Source of the DNA: Candidatus Latescibacterota bacterium | GTDB lineage: Bacteria > Latescibacterota > UBA2968 | Length of the DNA stretch: 64,000 nucleotides | Reading direction: 5' to 3' | NCBI GenBank assembly: GCA_965198115.1 | Contig: OZ240241.1 | Coordinates: 5,248,001-5,312,000, forward strand | The notes under the pieces: model-generated | The model's input: the letters and a program-made list of their open reading frames with translations, nothing else | Told to the model about the DNA's origin: nothing | Database searches by the model: none | Translations under genes and position numbers: made by a program | Part shown: piece by piece, positions 59,887 through 64,000 of the stretch | Layout: every line of letters begins with the position of its first letter | Position numbering within the stretch: the first letter of the stretch is position 1

Positions 59887-60828
59887 ATGCCAAAAGTCCT
59901 GATCGCTACCCGAGGCCCAGACGCATTGAAGGACGAATTGCACGACCTTCCCGATGGCGTCGACCTCCACGTTCAAGCGGCCGACGACCCTTATGGAAAT
60001 CAGCTCGAAGAGGCCGAGGTCCTGTGGGGTGTGCTTACCGAGGAGGGTTTTCCACGCGCCAAGTCGCTAAAGTGGGTTCATCAGCCGGGCATCGGCGTTG
60101 AACGGCACATGTACCCCGCCTTCAAGGAAAGTGACGTCGTCCTCACGAACTGCAAAGGGATGGCTGGCACGCAGATCCCCGAACACGCTTTTGCCCTTCT
60201 CTTCGCCCTCACGCGTCGAATCCTCGATCAGCACGATTTCATGAAGGAAAAACACTGGGAGCGCATTCCGTGCTTCGAAATGGCTGGAAAGACGATGGGG
60301 ATTGTCGCTCTCGGCAGCATCGGAACCGGCCTGGCTTACAGAGCGCACGCGTTCGGCATGCGTGTTCTCGCAGTCGATCCGGAACCGATCGAAAAACCCG
60401 ATTTCGTCGAACGCCTGGAGAAGCCCGAGTGGATTGGCGAAATGATGTCCCAATGTGACGTCGTCGTCTCCTGCTGCCCCATCACGCCGGAGAGCCACCG
60501 CGTCGTATCCGCCGACGCCATTGGCCGCATGAAACCCAACAGCTACTTTGTAAACATCAGCCGCGGCAAAGTCGTCGACGAAGAAGCGCTCATCCACGCG
60601 CTCCAATCGGGACGTATCGCCGGCGCCGGACTCGACGTCACCTACGAGGAGCCGCTGCCCGAAGACAGTCCGCTCTGGGACCTCCCGAACGTCATCCTCA
60701 CATCCCACAGTGCCGGCGCCTCCGACCAGGGGCTGCCGAGATCGGTCGATCTCTTCGTCGACAACCTGAATCGATACGTTAAAGGTGAGCCCCTCAGGAA
60801 TGTCGTCGACAAAGAGAAAGGCTACTGA
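59887..60828 (+). CDS. D-2-hydroxyacid dehydrogenase, tandem copy 4 (more divergent)
   Basis: ALGSIG, VNISRG, LDVTYEEP, and TSHSAG motifs. Lacks the AIPTNEGR insert. Confidence 0.92.
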   Translation: MPKVLIATRGPDALKDELHDLPDGVDLHVQAADDPYGNQLEEAEVLWGVLTEEGFPRAKSLKWVHQPGIGVERHMYPAFKESDVVLTNCKGMAGTQIPEHAFALLFALTRRILDQHDFMKEKHWERIPCFEMAGKTMGIVALGSIGTGLAYRAHAFGMRVLAVDPEPIEKPDFVERLEKPEWIGEMMSQCDVVVSCCPITPESHRVVSADAIGRMKPNSYFVNISRGKVVDEEALIHALQSGRIAGAGLDVTYEEPLPEDSPLWDLPNVILTSHSAGASDQGLPRSVDLFVDNLNRYVKGEPLRNVVDKEKGY

Positions 60829-60856
60829 CGGAAACTCACTCCGGAGGGATTGCTCA

Positions 60857-62001
60857 ATGACCGAACACATCACTCGTAGAGCGTTTCTGTCGAAATCGAG
60901 TTCCGGGATCGGTGCCGGTGTCGCCGCTGCCCTGCTTGCTCGAGAGGCGGCGGGAGCGACGGGTTCTCGAAAAGGACCGCACGATTTCACGATCGTTCGG
61001 GGGCACCTGGACATCTGGGAATTCAACGATCGATTCCGACTGACGCCGGACGCCGAAACCGCACCTCTCAGAGATCACTTGCTGCCAAGACTCATCGAGG
61101 GAGGCGTCGATGTCGCCATCATCCCGGCGGGTGGCGATTCGGTACCGGAAAGGGGTGGGAGAGACAGACTGTTCATGGGGTCGATGAGTGTCGTCGACAT
61201 GCTGCTGACGGAGATCGAGAAGACCGACGGCAAAGCCTCCCTCATCCTGAAGAAGTCGGACATTCCCACGGGACCGTGCTCGGTGGCGAGACCCGGATCT
61301 TTCTGGATATGGAGGGCGGCGCGTCCATCGAGATCGATCCCGAGCCAGCCTACCACTCGGACCGACGGCTGGCCCTCCTGCGGAATTTTTACCGGCTGGG
61401 CGTTCGCGGGCTGCAGCTGACGCACCACGGCAGAAATCGACTGGGCGACGGCTGGTGGGAAGGAAAGATGTCGGGCAAACTGTCGAAGTTCGGCGTAGAG
61501 GTCGTTCAGGAGATGAACCGTCTTGGGATGATGATCGGCGTCTCGCACCTAGCCGCGACGGGGATCTTCCACGCCGCAGAGGTCTCCACAAAGCCGATCG
61601 TGTCCACGCACACGAATCTCTACAAGTTCGTGGGAACGGACAGACAGCATAATGATGAAGAGGTAAAAGCCATCGCCTCGACAGGTGGTCTGGTCGGGGG
61701 TCGGTATATGAGAGGCGTAACCTTCGAAATGATGGCCGATCAGATCGACCACATCGTCGATCTCGTCGGTGTGGAGCACGTCGGCGTGGGAGTGGTCGGT
61801 CACGACCTCGGTCACCCGTATACAGGCGATCTCCCCGAAGTCAGCGGCAGGACGGGGACGGGGCACGAGTCGGAGACGATTTATCAACATTGGGATCGTT
61901 TCATTAACCTGCTTTACGATCACGGCTATAACGACCAGCAGATCGAACTCATTTTGGGTGGCAACTTCAGAAGAGTCTGGAATGAGGTGTTGTTAGACTG
62001 A
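60857..62001 (+). CDS. Tat-exported membrane dipeptidase (peptidase M19-like), frameshift near 61275
   Basis: TRRAFL twin-arginine signal, GHLD, DMEG, GVRGLQLTH, MNRLGM...SH, STH, and GGNFRRV. Confidence 0.85.
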
Positions 62002-62086
62002 CGATCGCTGAGACACAACCAAAGCAGCACAAGGCGTGCTGAGTTCAGAATGATCCCAATGTTCAATCTTCATTCTTAAATCTTAC

Positions 62087-63088
62087 ATGAATACGCCTCC
62101 AGAAACCTTCGTCCGCGTTCAGGAAAACCGTCTCCTCGCCTTCGCCACAGCTTGTTTCGAGAAGGCGGGTCTCGAGACAGACCACGCCGCCCTCATCAGC
62201 CGTTTTCTCGTCAACAGCGACCTCCGCGGTGTACGCAGCCACGGGACGCGAACCGTCAACGGCTACTGCAAGAGCTTCGAAGCCGGCAACTGTAATCCAC
62301 ATCCCGACATTCGCGTCATTCACGAAACCCCGACGGCCACTGTGATCGACGCCGATGGTACACTCGGCTATCTACCGATGGCACGCGCAGCCGAACACGC
62401 GATCCGCAAGGCGAAGGAAGTGGGGCTCGGCATCGGGTTGACTCGCCACCACGGCCACATCGGATCGGCCGGGCACTACGCCAGGATGTGCTCCGAAAAC
62501 GGTTGCATCGGATTCGCAGTCCAGGGCAGGCAGGAAGGCCAATCAAAGGGCAACGGCCGCGGAAGGCAGATCGGCTATTTCGGTAACCCTCCTATCTGCT
62601 TCGCCTTCCCGTCGGGCGACGAACCGCCCGTCGTCCTCGATGCAGCGACCTGCATACTCGCCGACTACCAACGCGGCCCTGAATTCGAAGCCATGATGGA
62701 ACAGATTCCCGCCGCCTTCTTCAAAAGCATCGGCTACACGGCAGTCGCCTCTCTCATCGGCGGTGGACTAGCGGGCGCGGGCCTGTCCTCATCCCACAAA
62801 ATGGCTGAGAAATGGTCCGCGACCGGCGCCGGCGGCACCGTGCTCGCGATCCACGTTGACACCGTCGTCCCCGACAATGTCTTCCTGGCAGAAGCCGACG
62901 CGATGGTTCGCGGCATTCGGTCAAATTACGATCCCCTGCCCGGAACGGATCGCGCCCTGTTACCCGGCAACATCGAACACGAGCGAATGGCCATTCATCG
63001 CGCCGAAGGCATCCGCTACGGCGAAATGGAACAGGAAAACGCCCGCGAGCTCAACGAACGCCTCGGCGTGCCATTGCCTTGGGACTGA
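62087..63088 (+). CDS. Ldh_2 family oxidoreductase
   Basis: DLRGVRSHG, HIGSAGHY, GNPPICFAFP, VLDAAT, and LPG..E motifs. Confidence 0.88.
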   Translation: MNTPPETFVRVQENRLLAFATACFEKAGLETDHAALISRFLVNSDLRGVRSHGTRTVNGYCKSFEAGNCNPHPDIRVIHETPTATVIDADGTLGYLPMARAAEHAIRKAKEVGLGIGLTRHHGHIGSAGHYARMCSENGCIGFAVQGRQEGQSKGNGRGRQIGYFGNPPICFAFPSGDEPPVVLDAATCILADYQRGPEFEAMMEQIPAAFFKSIGYTAVASLIGGGLAGAGLSSSHKMAEKWSATGAGGTVLAIHVDTVVPDNVFLAEADAMVRGIRSNYDPLPGTDRALLPGNIEHERMAIHRAEGIRYGEMEQENARELNERLGVPLPWD

Positions 63089-63109
63089 GCTTGAAATGAT
63101 AATTGTCAT

Positions 63110-63245
63110 TGCGCCCACGGGCGGAGCCCAGGGGCGAGCATTGTAGTTTCGGGTTGGCTGGGCCCGGTCCTGACAGATTTCACGAATACCGGACCCCATA
63201 AAAGGTGAAGGCCAGCGCTCGTCCCCGTGCTCTGCACGGGGACGC
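63110..63245. repeat. ~130-bp tripartite REP-doublet element (family A), copy 4
   Basis: Same architecture as the other family A copies, with 19-nt spacers. Confidence 0.85.
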
Positions 63246-63255
63246 TGAAGGTTTC

Positions 63256-64000
63256 TTGAGCGATCAACCCAACATCTTCCTTTTCATCAGCGACCAGCAG
63301 CGCACCGACACGATGGCCTGCTACGGCAACGACTGGATCCAGTCGCCCCACATGGATGCGCTCGCGAGAGAGAGCTACGTGTTTGAGAACACCTACGTCA
63401 CCCAACCGGTGTGCACTGCCGCCCGTGGCTCTTTGATGACGGGGCTCTACCCCCACTCCCACGGCTGTGTGGTCAACAACATCCGGATGGAAGACGACAT
63501 TCGTTCGATCGCCGAGATGCTCCCGGATACCTACCACAAAGCCCATTTCGGAAAATGGCACCTCGGCGACGACGCTTTCTGCCAGCACGGTTTCGACGAG
63601 TGGATCAGCACGGAAGACGGTCGACGTCTGCGCTACTCGCGACCTGATCCACCCTACAGTGATTACCATCAGTGGCTCGTCGAGCAAGGGTTCGAACCGG
63701 AAGGTATTCTAGCCAACGGTGAAAAGCATTTCTCCCCCAAACAGCGCGCCACTCTACCCGCCGAATGCCAGATGGGCGCTTTTGTGGCCATCCATTGCGA
63801 TCGATTCATCCGTGAAAACACAGATCGTCCGTGGCTGCTCGTGTTCAGTACCTTCGAGCCTCATCCCCCCTACACAGGACCACACGACGGGCTCTACGAC
63901 CCCGACGAGATCCCGCTCGGCCCGACTTTCTTGAAGCACCCGGACGGTCACGCGCTCTACAACCGCGTCCGAGCCGAACATTACCCGAGGGTCACAGTCG
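63256..64000 (+). CDS. Sulfatase (N-terminal part, runs off the window end)
   Basis: Manual translation from TTG 63256: PNIFLFISDQQR, CTAARGSLMTGLYPH (formylglycine CxAxR motif), FGKWHLG, and EPHPP. Confidence 0.9.
   Translation, partial: MSDQPNIFLFISDQQRTDTMACYGNDWIQSPHMDALARESYVFENTYVTQPVCTAARGSLMTGLYPHSHGCVVNNIRMEDDIRSIAEMLPDTYHKAHFGKWHLGDDAFCQHGFDEWISTEDGRRLRYSRPDPPYSDYHQWLVEQGFEPEGILANGEKHFSPKQRATLPAECQMGAFVAIHCDRFIRENTDRPWLLVFSTFEPHPPYTGPHDGLYDPDEIPLGPTFLKHPDGHALYNRVRAEHYPRVTV

Noticed and set aside
6744-61275. About 11 frameshifts (near 6744, 19830, 30800, 32670, 35812, 38735, 42995, 46120, 46703, 49680, 61275) as pseudogenes or programmed frameshifts
   Set aside because: All are repairable by a single-base indel, most lie in short homopolymers, no in-frame stops or motif decay accompany them, and no slippery-site consensus is shared. 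Long-read assembly error is the simplest explanation. Read polishing would settle it.
10561-63245. CRISPR array or integron interpretation of the constant-length spacers
   Set aside because: The elements are dispersed and inverted rather than tandem direct repeats. There are no cas genes, no integron integrase, and no consistent RYYYAAC/GTTRRRY cores.

Overview
This GC-rich bacterial window holds about 45 mostly co-oriented (+ strand) genes, dominated by expanded catabolic families: 8 PhyH-type Fe(II)/2-oxoglutarate oxygenases, 5 amidohydrolases, 3 enolase-superfamily dehydratases, 5 D-2-hydroxyacid dehydrogenases (4 in tandem) and 2 Ldh_2 enzymes. It also carries an SDR, a Gfo/Idh/MocA enzyme, a nitrilase, CocE/NonD, a sulfatase, SelO, Tam and two transporters. 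There is a tandem triplet of orphan beta-propeller sensor histidine kinases and three IS elements (ISL3, IS200-type tnpA, IS256 with an 8-bp target duplication). The repertoire resembles marine Latescibacterota/Poribacteria-type genomes (low-confidence inference). About 11 single-base frameshifts, mostly in homopolymers, look like long-read assembly errors. The most unusual signal is non-coding: many intergenic gaps hold a palindromic or short-period repeat. These include a ~130-bp tripartite hairpin with three constant-length but sequence-variable spacers whose loops match the IS200 end hairpins, and a 23-24-nt hairpin unit that inserts into other repeats, into its own relatives and in-frame into a histidine kinase ATPase loop. 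Protein-level highlights are two PhyH enzymes with a halogenase-like HxG motif, a TIM-barrel/methylglyoxal synthase fusion and R-x-Y enolases. No rRNA, tRNA or CRISPR array was seen.
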